NCBI GenBank assembly: GCA_041650835.1
Contig: JBAZKL010000004.1
Coordinates: forward strand, 166,900-230,899
Reading direction: 5' to 3'
Source: Candidatus Omnitrophota bacterium
Lineage (GTDB): Bacteria; Omnitrophota; Gorgyraeia; Gygaellales; Profunditerraquicolaceae
Length of the DNA stretch: 64,000 nt
Under the pieces are notes generated by a model, which saw only the letters and a list, made by a program, of their open reading frames with translations, did no database searches and was not told the origin of the DNA. The translations under genes were made by a program, and so were the position numbers. Position 1 is the stretch's first letter. Each line of letters starts with the position of its first letter. Below, one piece after another: positions 56,060 through 64,000 of this stretch.

Positions 56060-56491
56060 CTACAAATCAAATATGACCCGGGCCTTCCAACCCGCCGAGG
56101 ACTTCTCTACCTTTAATTCATGGTACGTTGCCGCTTTAACTTCGGTCTTGAAGCGGTAATCAACGCTTGAGGCTCCGCTGACATCCGCCTCGATAGAACC
56201 CGGGGACAATTTCTTTATTTTAAAATCGTCAAAGATCACTTCTTTGGTCGCCGACAAAAACAACAACTCATTTAACCAGTTAACCAGCAGCTCTTCCAGA
56301 TCCAGGGCTTTTTGTTTTACAGAATAAGATATATGGGGTGTTTTTTTTGATTTTGCCTTTCGTCTTTCCGCAACGATATCAAAGGCAGCGAGCGCGGCGT
56401 TCTTAAACAATTGCTTTAAATCTTTTCCGGTGACGATAATTCCTATATCCGCGGTATGCTCGATTAGCTGGTATTTCTTACTAACCATCAT
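56060..56491 (-). CDS. archease (RtcB activator)
   Basis: YQLIEHTADIGI N-terminal motif and ~140-aa size; directly upstream of rtcB. Confidence 0.85.
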   Translation of the reverse strand: MMVSKKYQLIEHTADIGIIVTGKDLKQLFKNAALAAFDIVAERRKAKSKKTPHISYSVKQKALDLEELLVNWLNELLFLSATKEVIFDDFKIKKLSPGSIEADVSGASSVDYRFKTEVKAATYHELKVEKSSAGWKARVIFDL

Positions 56492-56750
56492 TCCTCTTGA
56501 GCATGGTGATAATTGGAGTAAACTGCCTTATTGCTCGGGGTCAATTTTTCGCTTTGATATAAATTGGCCCCGCCTCGTAAGATGCATGAAAATTTTCTTC
56601 GATAATTTTCATGCACTCGGCGGGGTAATTCGGCGAAAATTATATCGAGGCGAATTTATGGGCCATGTAGGAGTCGCGAAGTTCCGAGACTCCCTGGCTT
56701 TATTATCAGAGTCGAGGAACGAAGTCCCGAGGCTTAATCACAATTCGTTT

Positions 56751-57017
56751 CTAAGCCGAGGGAAACCTCTTACCTAACCCAAACTTAATTAGTTTTCTTT
56801 TGTTCTTGACGCTAAGGCTTTTTATTTCTAATTCTCTCAGCCTCGCCTGACTCTTAGCCTCAAATTCTTCACAATACAATAATTGAACAGGCCTTCTGGC
56901 TTTAGTATAATTTGAGCCTTTGCCGGAATTATGTGTATCTAATCTATCTTGAAGATTCTCTGAAATACCGGTATAGAAAGAACGATCTTTACACTGAAGG
57001 ATATAAACGTACCACAT
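56751..57017 (-). CDS. GIY-YIG nuclease family protein (UPF0213/YhbQ-like)
   Basis: WYVYILQC...SFYTGIS...RLDTHN GIY-YIG motifs; 88 aa. Confidence 0.8.
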   Translation of the reverse strand: MWYVYILQCKDRSFYTGISENLQDRLDTHNSGKGSNYTKARRPVQLLYCEEFEAKSQARLRELEIKSLSVKNKRKLIKFGLGKRFPSA

Positions 57018-57164
57018 GAATACCTTTGATCCCGAGTTTCTCTCGTACTAAAATTCCGGAAACGAGGGGTCAATTTTTCGCTTCGCGGCTGTTGTTTTGG
57101 CCCCTCGCTTCCGATGCTTAAAACACAGGGAAGCTCGGGGTCAATTTTTCGCTTCGCGAAAAAT

Positions 57165-57240
57165 TGGTGGGCCATGTAGGAGTCGAACCTACGACCTTGA
57201 CATTAAGAGTGTCCTGCTCCGCCAATTGAGCTAATGGCCC
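57165..57240 (-). tRNA. tRNA-Lys (anticodon CTT), CCA encoded
   Basis: acceptor GGGCCAT/ATGGCCC, anticodon loop CTCTTAA, T-arm GTAGG-TTCGACT-CCTAC, 3' ACCA. Confidence 0.8.
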
Positions 57241-57614
57241 CAATCTATTTTATCGTCCATGAGCGAATCCCTCCGAAGCCCTACCATCATACTTCTTATC
57301 GATGGGCGCAGGAGGAAAGCTAATGGCCTTTAGATACATACAAATTTAGCTTTACAATTATAACATTTACTTATTGCAGCGTCAATCCGATTTGTTAAAG
57401 ATATTTAGTTTGACGTGTATTCAAGACCCGGTCGGTTCTTATTTTATCGGATAACGAAAACCGATCCCCGATCACCGAAAACCGGAAAAAATGCGCCCAG
57501 GAGTGGTTCGACGCGCTCCCCTGAACTTATCGAAAGGTCGCTTGCTCACCACAAGTCGAACCAGCCTGAGCAAATGAGCCCGCAGGGCAAATACGTCGAA
57601 AGATGGAATCTATA

Positions 57615-57688
57615 TGCGCCCAGGAGGAATCGAACCTCCAACCCTCTGCTCCGAAGGCAGATGCTCTATCCAATTGAGCTATGGGCGC
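57615..57688 (-). tRNA. tRNA-Arg (anticodon TCG)
   Basis: acceptor GCGCCCA/TGGGCGC, anticodon stem TCTGC/GCAGA loop CTTCGGA, T-arm GGAGG-TTCGATT-CCTCC. Confidence 0.8.
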
Positions 57689-57753
57689 GTCGAACCATCA
57701 ATGGTGAGCAAGCCTGCGTTAAATTATCGGCGCGTCGAACCATGGGCGCGTCA

Positions 57754-58473
57754 TTAAATGATCTCACACCTATCACCCAACATCCCCTTGATCTTTTCCA
57801 GGATCTCCTTATCAACCGCCTCAATATCCTTCTCAGCGGTAGTACGCACGGGAGAATTCAGCTGGACCTGGTCAGGCTCTATCTGCTCAATAGCCGCTTT
57901 AAGCTTCTTGATATGGCTCATATCATCATTTATGCCCTTAACCAGCATCACCTCTAACCAGATCTTGCCTCTAAAAGCCTTACGGAACTCAACCAATCCG
58001 TTGATCACATCTTCGATCTTTAATGAAGGATCGGGCCGGTCGATCTTTTCGAAGGCCTTGGCAGTCGCCGCGTTTAACGAAGGGATCACCAGGTCCGCCC
58101 CAAGCAGCTCCTGGCGGACTTCAGGCAGGCTCAACAGTGAACCGTTGGTAATAACAGCAACAGGAAGCGCGCTCAATTTCTTTATCTGGTATATTAATTC
58201 ACCGATCTTTTTATTCAATAACGGCTCGCCTGAACCGGAAAAAGTAATAAAATTAAGCTGTTTGGCGGCTTCCGGATTATACTGGAACCATGAACGCATC
58301 TCAGCCAATATCTCATCGGCATTAAAATAATCCTTACGCTCCATTGTTTTAACCGTTGTCTTGCCCAACTGACAATAAACACAGTCAAAACTGCATATTT
58401 TATAAGGGGTTAAGCTAATACCTAAGGAAAACCCCAACCTGCGTGATTTTAACGGACCATATATATAGCGCAT
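57754..58473 (-). CDS. radical SAM protein
   Basis: CSFDCVYCQ CxxxCxxC cluster motif; start set at MRYIYGP because the longer ORF runs into a repeat hairpin. Confidence 0.75.
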   Translation of the reverse strand: MRYIYGPLKSRRLGFSLGISLTPYKICSFDCVYCQLGKTTVKTMERKDYFNADEILAEMRSWFQYNPEAAKQLNFITFSGSGEPLLNKKIGELIYQIKKLSALPVAVITNGSLLSLPEVRQELLGADLVIPSLNAATAKAFEKIDRPDPSLKIEDVINGLVEFRKAFRGKIWLEVMLVKGINDDMSHIKKLKAAIEQIEPDQVQLNSPVRTTAEKDIEAVDKEILEKIKGMLGDRCEII

Positions 58474-58845
58474 ATCTAAACCTATCCTCTTAAAAAAAAG
58501 TAAAAAGCTAAAGCCAAAAAGTATGAAAATTGTCATTCCCGCGAAAGCGGGAATCTGCGGCAACACCCCAGCTTAATAGGAATGCTGGGTGCGTCCTTGC
58601 TAGACAGAAAGCCGCACACCCCGAGCAATTTCTGGTAGAAAGCGCGCATTTGGCAATCATTTATGCCAAGGTGCGATTAGCGCGGTGACGGTTTTTAGAT
58701 GCCCGATTAAAACATTCGGGCATGACATGAGAGAAAAGAGATCCATTCTTAACTTTTGCCTTAATATTATACCATAAAGGCAAAAAAAATCCCCACCTTT
58801 TCAGAACTCTTTCAATCAATCCGGAAAAAGTGGGGAAATTTGCTG

Positions 58846-59178
58846 TTATTTAACGATAATCAGTGAATTCTGTGTACCGAATGAATTGCAAACATTGGAC
58901 TTACACTGTGGATCCAATAACCATGACCCGTCAACAAAGAACTTATATTCATAGTTACCGGGCTTCAGGCTTGCCTTCACTATCCAGTTACCTTTTGCAT
59001 CCTTTTTACCGGAAAGTGAAACAGTATCCCAATTATTAAAACTTCCCGCGACACTGACCCTTGCTGCCTGAGGAGCGAATAATTTAAAAGACGTTTCGCT
59101 GGTACTTACTTTTAAGCTTGGTTTCGACGTTGTTTTTAATTTCACCGGTGTTTTTGCCCTGACCGTTCTTGCCATCAT
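58846..59178 (-). CDS. CBM48 (glycogen/starch-binding, AMPK-beta-like) domain protein
   Basis: FKLFAPQAARVSVAGSFNNWD...GNWIVKASLKPGNYEYKFFVDGSWLLDP. Confidence 0.75.
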   Translation of the reverse strand: MMARTVRAKTPVKLKTTSKPSLKVSTSETSFKLFAPQAARVSVAGSFNNWDTVSLSGKKDAKGNWIVKASLKPGNYEYKFFVDGSWLLDPQCKSNVCNSFGTQNSLIIVK

Positions 59179-59248
59179 AACCTCCTTGTTGGGAATAGTT
59201 TATAGTATAAGCTAGCTCTTGTCAAGCAAAAATTACTTAAGGCTATTC

Positions 59249-60052
59249 CTATACCGAAACGATTGACACAGATTTCCTATCCGCAAGTTTAACACTGGCT
59301 TCCTGATCTATGAAAAGCGTCTTATTCGACTCAATAGCCATGCAGCCGGCCCCTGAGCGTATCAGAGTTTTAACCGTATTTAAACCTATAACCGGAATGT
59401 CAAAACGCATGTCCTGATCAGGACGGCTCACTTTAATTATCACCGTTCCCCCTCGCGCAATCGAGCCTGCGCGCCGGATCAAGTTATCAGTGCCTTCAAG
59501 CGCCTCAACAGCGACCACCGCCTTATTCTTGACCGCGATAGTCAAACCGATATCTAACCGGGCTATCTCTTTGGCGATAGGCATGCCGAAATGGATATTA
59601 TCCCATTCCTCCAGGTTCGGCTCCCGGGCGGTCAAAACAGCCTTCTTCGGCAGCATATCGCCGATGAACGTCGTCGAATCTATTAATTCAAAGCCGAATT
59701 CCTTTAACCGCTCAGCGATAGCTTCGAATATCGTATTGGCTTTCCTGTCTTTTATGCTGTCCAGCAGCTTCTTTAGATCGATGTTTTGATTAACTTCCCG
59801 GCTGAAAAGCCGGTAAGGGCTGATCTGTCCGGCCATCACGATCTTTTTGACCCCTTCAACCTTGAAGATCTCGAACATCGCCCGGAAATCGCTGAGGCTG
59901 ATCCAATGGATACGGTCAACATACTTCTTTAATTGATGCGACGTTTCCCCTTTAATAGCAACAGCGACAATCGAGCAATTCTTTTTCTTCGCGGCTTCTG
60001 AGAATACGATCGGAAACCGCCTGTTGCCCGCGATAAGGCCGATTTTATCCAT
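59249..60052 (-). CDS. lpxI: UDP-2,3-diacylglucosamine hydrolase LpxI (DUF1009)
   Basis: MDKIGLIAGNRRFPI N-terminus and conserved position between lpxA and downstream genes. Confidence 0.75.
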   Translation of the reverse strand: MDKIGLIAGNRRFPIVFSEAAKKKNCSIVAVAIKGETSHQLKKYVDRIHWISLSDFRAMFEIFKVEGVKKIVMAGQISPYRLFSREVNQNIDLKKLLDSIKDRKANTIFEAIAERLKEFGFELIDSTTFIGDMLPKKAVLTAREPNLEEWDNIHFGMPIAKEIARLDIGLTIAVKNKAVVAVEALEGTDNLIRRAGSIARGGTVIIKVSRPDQDMRFDIPVIGLNTVKTLIRSGAGCMAIESNKTLFIDQEASVKLADRKSVSIVSV

Positions 60053-60092
60053 ATGTCCTAAGGTTATGAATTGGGTTTAAAGAAACGAGCGA

Positions 60093-60923
60093 TCACACGG
60101 AAGTTTTTTGTTCTTCCTGGTCGGAAACACTCCGCCTCGCGCGACAGGAACGGCTGACTCCCCGCTGGGAATCTTTCACAAAGTTCACCAGGTACGTAAT
60201 TTCATCGTTCGGCTTAAACGAAGACTCTATTTTTTCAACCGCGTTTTTCGCTGAAAGGCCGGAATTAAACAAAATGCGGAAAGCCTGGCGCAATTGCAAG
60301 ACCGCTTCACGGGAAAAACCGTTACGCTTAAGGCCAATAAGGTTTAAGCCGTAAACCGCCGCCGGATGGCCGTCGCAGGTAGAAAAAGGCGGGATATCCT
60401 GCACCACCTTTGAACAACCGCCGATGATCGCAAGCTTTCCTACCCGGACAAATTGATGGACCGCCGATAATCCTCCGAGCACCACATGATCCTGCACCGT
60501 AACATGCCCGGCAAGCGTAGCGCCGTTGGCAAGGATGCAATGATCGCCGACCAGGCAATCATGAGCGACATGAGAATACGCCATAAAAAGATTATTACTG
60601 CCGACGATCGTTTTTCCGCCTTCACCGGTCCCTGGATTAAAAGTGCAGAATTCGCGAATAATATTATTTTCACCTATTTCCAGGAAATTCTTTTCCCCTT
60701 TATATTTAAGGTCCTGCGGCTGGCTGCCGAGGACAACGCCGCTAAAGACCTGCGTGCCCTCACCGATGGAGGTATTGCCCTGAATAACGCAATGAGCGCC
60801 GATCGTGACCGCTTCTTTTAAGACAACATGGTCCGCGATAATAGTGAAAGGGCCGATACAAACGCCCTTGCCTAATACGGCTTTCTTTGAAACAATCGCT
60901 GTTGAGTGTATGCCTTTATCCAT
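60093..60923 (-). CDS. lpxA: acyl-ACP--UDP-GlcNAc O-acyltransferase LpxA
   Basis: left-handed beta-helix hexapeptide repeats with IHSTAIV...IGPF N-terminus. Confidence 0.85.
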   Translation of the reverse strand: MDKGIHSTAIVSKKAVLGKGVCIGPFTIIADHVVLKEAVTIGAHCVIQGNTSIGEGTQVFSGVVLGSQPQDLKYKGEKNFLEIGENNIIREFCTFNPGTGEGGKTIVGSNNLFMAYSHVAHDCLVGDHCILANGATLAGHVTVQDHVVLGGLSAVHQFVRVGKLAIIGGCSKVVQDIPPFSTCDGHPAAVYGLNLIGLKRNGFSREAVLQLRQAFRILFNSGLSAKNAVEKIESSFKPNDEITYLVNFVKDSQRGVSRSCRARRSVSDQEEQKTSV

Positions 60924-60948
60924 AATAAAAATTGTTCCGTAAAAACAG

Positions 60949-62265
60949 TTACGCGTCGGCGAGGGCGAACATAAGGTCAGCCTCCGCCACGACTTTACCG
61001 TCGACCAAAGCCTTGCCGAAGACCTGCCCGGTCCGGGACTTTATCTTACCCGCTTCTATCTCAAGGACAAGCTGATCCCCCGGCAAGACCGGTTTCCTGA
61101 ATTTAACGTTATCGATAGCCATAAAATAAGCGATCTTTCCCCTGTTCTCTTCAGGAGCCAGCATCATAACGCCCCCGACCTGCGCCATAGCTTCTATGAT
61201 GATAACGCCGGGCATAACAGGCTTTCCGGGAAAATGGCCCTTAAAGAAATAATCATTGATCGTTACATTCTTGATGCCGACAGCGCGCTTTCCTTTTTCC
61301 ATGGAAAGTATCCTATCGACAAAAAGGAAAGGCTCACGATGCGGCAATATCTTCATGATCTCCGTGACATTGAGTTCCCCCTGCGTCTGGGGATGATACG
61401 AAGTACTGATCCCCACCGTCGCGAATTTTTCTTTTTGCTGTAATATTTTCTTGACCAGCTTCAGGTTCAACGAATGCCCGCTCTTTAAGGCGATAATATG
61501 CGCCTTGATCGGGTGGCCGATAATGTACAGATCGCCCAGGAGGTCCAGTATTTTATGGCGCGTAAACTCATCTTCAAAACGTAATTTATTCTTAATAACG
61601 CCGTTTCTCCCGACGACAAGAGTATTGTCGTAACTGGCCCCTTTGCCTAAACCCTGCTTTTGCAGCTGCTGCGCCTCTTCTTCCAGGCAAAAGGTGCGCG
61701 CGCCCACTAATTCTTTCTTAAACGTTTCCGGAGTGATGCTGAGCTCCAGGAACCCCGATTTAAGCATCGGATGGTTATAACTTAACGTATAGGAGATCTT
61801 ATATTCCGCCGAAGGCAATGCCACGATCGAACAGGAATCATCCTCGACGTATATCGGCTCTTTGATCGCAAAGTACTGCTGCGGGGCATCCTGCTCCCGG
61901 AGGCCCGCTTTCGAGAGGACCTCAAAGAAACTTAAACCGCTCCCGTCCATTCCCGGGAGCTCATTATTATCGATCTCGATGCAGATATTATCGATGCCCA
62001 TGCCCTGAAGCGTGGCCATTAAATGCTCGATGGTATATATTTGGATATCTCCCAGCCCGATAGAGCTGCGGCGGATGCTGGAGACCTTCGGGATCAACGA
62101 ATCAAGGCTTGCCTTGATAATTGGGCGGTCAGGCAGGTCAGTCCGGATAAAGCTTACCCCCGCGTTTACTTCGGCGGGCTTAAACGTAACATTGACCTTA
62201 TTAGCGGTATGTAACCCGACCCCTTTTATTTGGGCTTCAGAGGCGATAGTATGTTGTTTATTCAT
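60949..62265 (-). CDS. lpxC-fabZ: bifunctional UDP-3-O-acyl-GlcNAc deacetylase / 3-hydroxyacyl-ACP dehydratase (LpxC-FabZ fusion)
   Basis: N-terminal LpxC (IKGVGLHT...SFIRTD...TIEHLMA) and C-terminal FabZ hot-dog ([15 protein letters not shown]...EAMAQ). Confidence 0.85.
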   Translation of the reverse strand: MNKQHTIASEAQIKGVGLHTANKVNVTFKPAEVNAGVSFIRTDLPDRPIIKASLDSLIPKVSSIRRSSIGLGDIQIYTIEHLMATLQGMGIDNICIEIDNNELPGMDGSGLSFFEVLSKAGLREQDAPQQYFAIKEPIYVEDDSCSIVALPSAEYKISYTLSYNHPMLKSGFLELSITPETFKKELVGARTFCLEEEAQQLQKQGLGKGASYDNTLVVGRNGVIKNKLRFEDEFTRHKILDLLGDLYIIGHPIKAHIIALKSGHSLNLKLVKKILQQKEKFATVGISTSYHPQTQGELNVTEIMKILPHREPFLFVDRILSMEKGKRAVGIKNVTINDYFFKGHFPGKPVMPGVIIIEAMAQVGGVMMLAPEENRGKIAYFMAIDNVKFRKPVLPGDQLVLEIEAGKIKSRTGQVFGKALVDGKVVAEADLMFALADA

Positions 62266-62309
62266 GATTTTTTTATCCTTTATTGCTGCGCTCTATTGTA
62301 TAACGAAAC

Positions 62310-63356
62310 TTATGTTCGTTCCAGGTTTTTTACTTTTAATTCCAACGCCTCGATCTGCTTCTTTAACGCCCCTATTGTATTAAACAAGCGCGGCAGCTGC
62401 GGCAGCGAAGCGCTTATGCGTTTAGCGATATTCGCCGGCCTCACCGGGGTTCCCCACACAATGCTGCCGTCGGGAAGAGACTTGTTCACCCCTGACTGCG
62501 CCATAACGATCGAATTATTCCCGATCTCAATATGCCCTACCACCCCGACCTGGCCGGCTAAGATAACATTATTTCCGACCGTGGTACTGCCTGAGATACC
62601 GACCTGGGCGATGATCAAACAATTCCTGCCGATGACGCAATTGTGCGCGATATGCACCAGGTTATCTATTTTCGTGCCCGCACCGATCACCGTTTTGTCG
62701 AAACGCGCCCGGTCGATAGAAACATTCGAGCCGATCTCGACATCATCCTCGACAATAACCGTCCCTACCTGCGGGATCTTATGGTGCACTCCCTGGACCG
62801 TCACATACCCGAAACCGTCGGAGCCGACCACGCTGCCGCTATGAATGATCACCCTGTTACCGATAACGGCCCGTTCGCGGATAGAAACATTCGGATAGAT
62901 CAAAGACTCACTGCCTATTACCGATTGGCGCCCCACATACCCCGGGCCATAAATGACTGTCCGGTCTCCGATTGAAACCCCGTCTTCAATAACCACTCCG
63001 GGGCCTAAAGCAACCTGTTTACCCAGGCAAACATCCTTACCGATCACCGCGGTTGAGTGTATTCCCGCGGGGATATGTTCCTGCGCCGGCAGGATAAAAG
63101 AAACGACCTTCACGAACGCTAGCGATGGATTCTCTACCCGTATCAAAGGTTTTGCGGCTTGCGTAATATCCTTAGAAGTGATGATCGCGGCAGCCTCTGT
63201 TTTATCCAGATACCCCCGGTACTTGGGATTAGCAAGAAAGGTTATATCTCCCGGGGCGGCATCTTCGATCCCGGCGACACCGGTAATAACCGCGCGTTCA
63301 TCACCGACGATCTCACCATTAATAAACAAAGCTATCTCTTTGAGGGTTTTTTTCAT
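62310..63356 (-). CDS. lpxD: UDP-3-O-acylglucosamine N-acyltransferase LpxD
   Basis: N-terminal LKEIA...[16 protein letters not shown] and hexapeptide repeats. Confidence 0.85.
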   Translation of the reverse strand: MKKTLKEIALFINGEIVGDERAVITGVAGIEDAAPGDITFLANPKYRGYLDKTEAAAIITSKDITQAAKPLIRVENPSLAFVKVVSFILPAQEHIPAGIHSTAVIGKDVCLGKQVALGPGVVIEDGVSIGDRTVIYGPGYVGRQSVIGSESLIYPNVSIRERAVIGNRVIIHSGSVVGSDGFGYVTVQGVHHKIPQVGTVIVEDDVEIGSNVSIDRARFDKTVIGAGTKIDNLVHIAHNCVIGRNCLIIAQVGISGSTTVGNNVILAGQVGVVGHIEIGNNSIVMAQSGVNKSLPDGSIVWGTPVRPANIAKRISASLPQLPRLFNTIGALKKQIEALELKVKNLERT

Positions 63357-63465
63357 AATATTTTTACAGCCGTACTTTAAATTTTACCCCACAACCGTTG
63401 AGGCAGAGGCAAAAGCAATACCTCGCGGTTGTGGGGTAAGCAAAAACCGATTGCGTATACCTGAA

Positions 63466-63972
63466 TTATTTCTTGTAACCCTTATTGACGATATCAACGA
63501 TCTTATCCGTAATATCCATGCTCTTAGCCTGATATACTAACACCCGGTCATTGAACACCATCGTATAGCCTTCTTTTTCCGCATACGCCTTGACCGCGTC
63601 TTCAATATCCTTTAAGATCTCTTTCATTCTCTCATCCTGCTCTTTACGCAGATCCGTCTGTTTTTGACGGTCGAAATCCTGCAGGCTTTTGATCTTCGAC
63701 TCCAGGTCGCCCTTTTTGGTCTCTTTTTCCTTTTCATTGAGTAAATTCAGCTTGTCCTGGAATTTCTTGATATCATTGACCATCTTATCCCGTTCTGTTT
63801 CATAACCGGTCTGCTTATCGCCTAAGTTCTTATCGTAATCTTTTGTCTTGCCGTATTCGCTGAAGATCTTGCTTAAATCAACATAAGCGAATTTCTCAGC
63901 TGCCGTGGCGCTGCTTAAGAAAATGCTTAAACAAAAAAGTAACCCTAACCCAAATACCATTGTCTTCTTCAT
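63466..63972 (-). CDS. skp: OmpH/Skp periplasmic chaperone
   Basis: signal peptide, FAYVDLSKIF motif, coiled-coil, conserved position upstream of lpxD. Confidence 0.8.
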   Translation of the reverse strand: MKKTMVFGLGLLFCLSIFLSSATAAEKFAYVDLSKIFSEYGKTKDYDKNLGDKQTGYETERDKMVNDIKKFQDKLNLLNEKEKETKKGDLESKIKSLQDFDRQKQTDLRKEQDERMKEILKDIEDAVKAYAEKEGYTMVFNDRVLVYQAKSMDITDKIVDIVNKGYKK

Positions 63973-64000
63973 TACCCACCCTCCTTAATATACTTGGCCT

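Noticed and set aside
57754-58566. Longer 270-aa version of the radical SAM ORF
   Set aside because: The extra N-terminal 31 codons are translated from a dispersed GNRA-hairpin repeat; the Met at 58473 (MRYIYGP) is the plausible start.

Overview
Every supported gene in this 64-kb window is on the minus strand. The organism looks like a diderm bacterium, probably uncultivated (skp-lpxD-lpxC/fabZ-lpxA-lpxI lipid A cluster, Tat system, periplasmic [NiFe] hydrogenase). Left end (0-15 kb): tandem tatA genes, a [NiFe] hydrogenase operon (maturation protease, large subunit with DPCxxCxxH, Tat-signal small subunit carrying three ~240-bp tandem repeats), a NodU/CmcH-type carbamoyltransferase, a two-component system, a class D (OXA-like) beta-lactamase and secreted hydrolases. 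Middle (about 15-34 kb): an A+T-rich accessory or defence island. Several families of 110-130-bp inverted-repeat elements (MITE/attC-like) split it into gene units. One family has 13-bp terminal inverted repeats and at least 8 copies; two related families carry integron core-site-like ATCCAAC/GTTAGAC motifs; a fourth pairs a terminator hairpin with a sigma-54 promoter in three copies. The island also holds one intact and one decayed IS30. Its gene units are: RmuC plus a Rad50/SbcC-like ABC ATPase; an Mrr-catalytic-domain protein plus a GIY-YIG nuclease; a lone KAP-family P-loop NTPase; a small protein plus an SDH/ClpP-fold serine protease; and a TIR-TM protein plus a class III nucleotidyl cyclase. 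The last pair is Pycsar-like but the effector lacks a cNMP-binding domain, and I rank it the best candidate for an undescribed system. Right end (34-64 kb): three tRNA-Ser genes (GGA, CGA, TGA) each trailed by homologous hairpin-repeat arrays; recN, eda, a glycerol cluster (glpK, GlpA-like, DUF1667); a U32 peptidase; an ankyrin/TPR protein cluster; serS-rtcB-archease; tRNA-Lys and tRNA-Arg with duplicated tRNA-end fragments around a tiny GIY-YIG gene; a radical SAM gene; CBM48; and the lipid A cluster.
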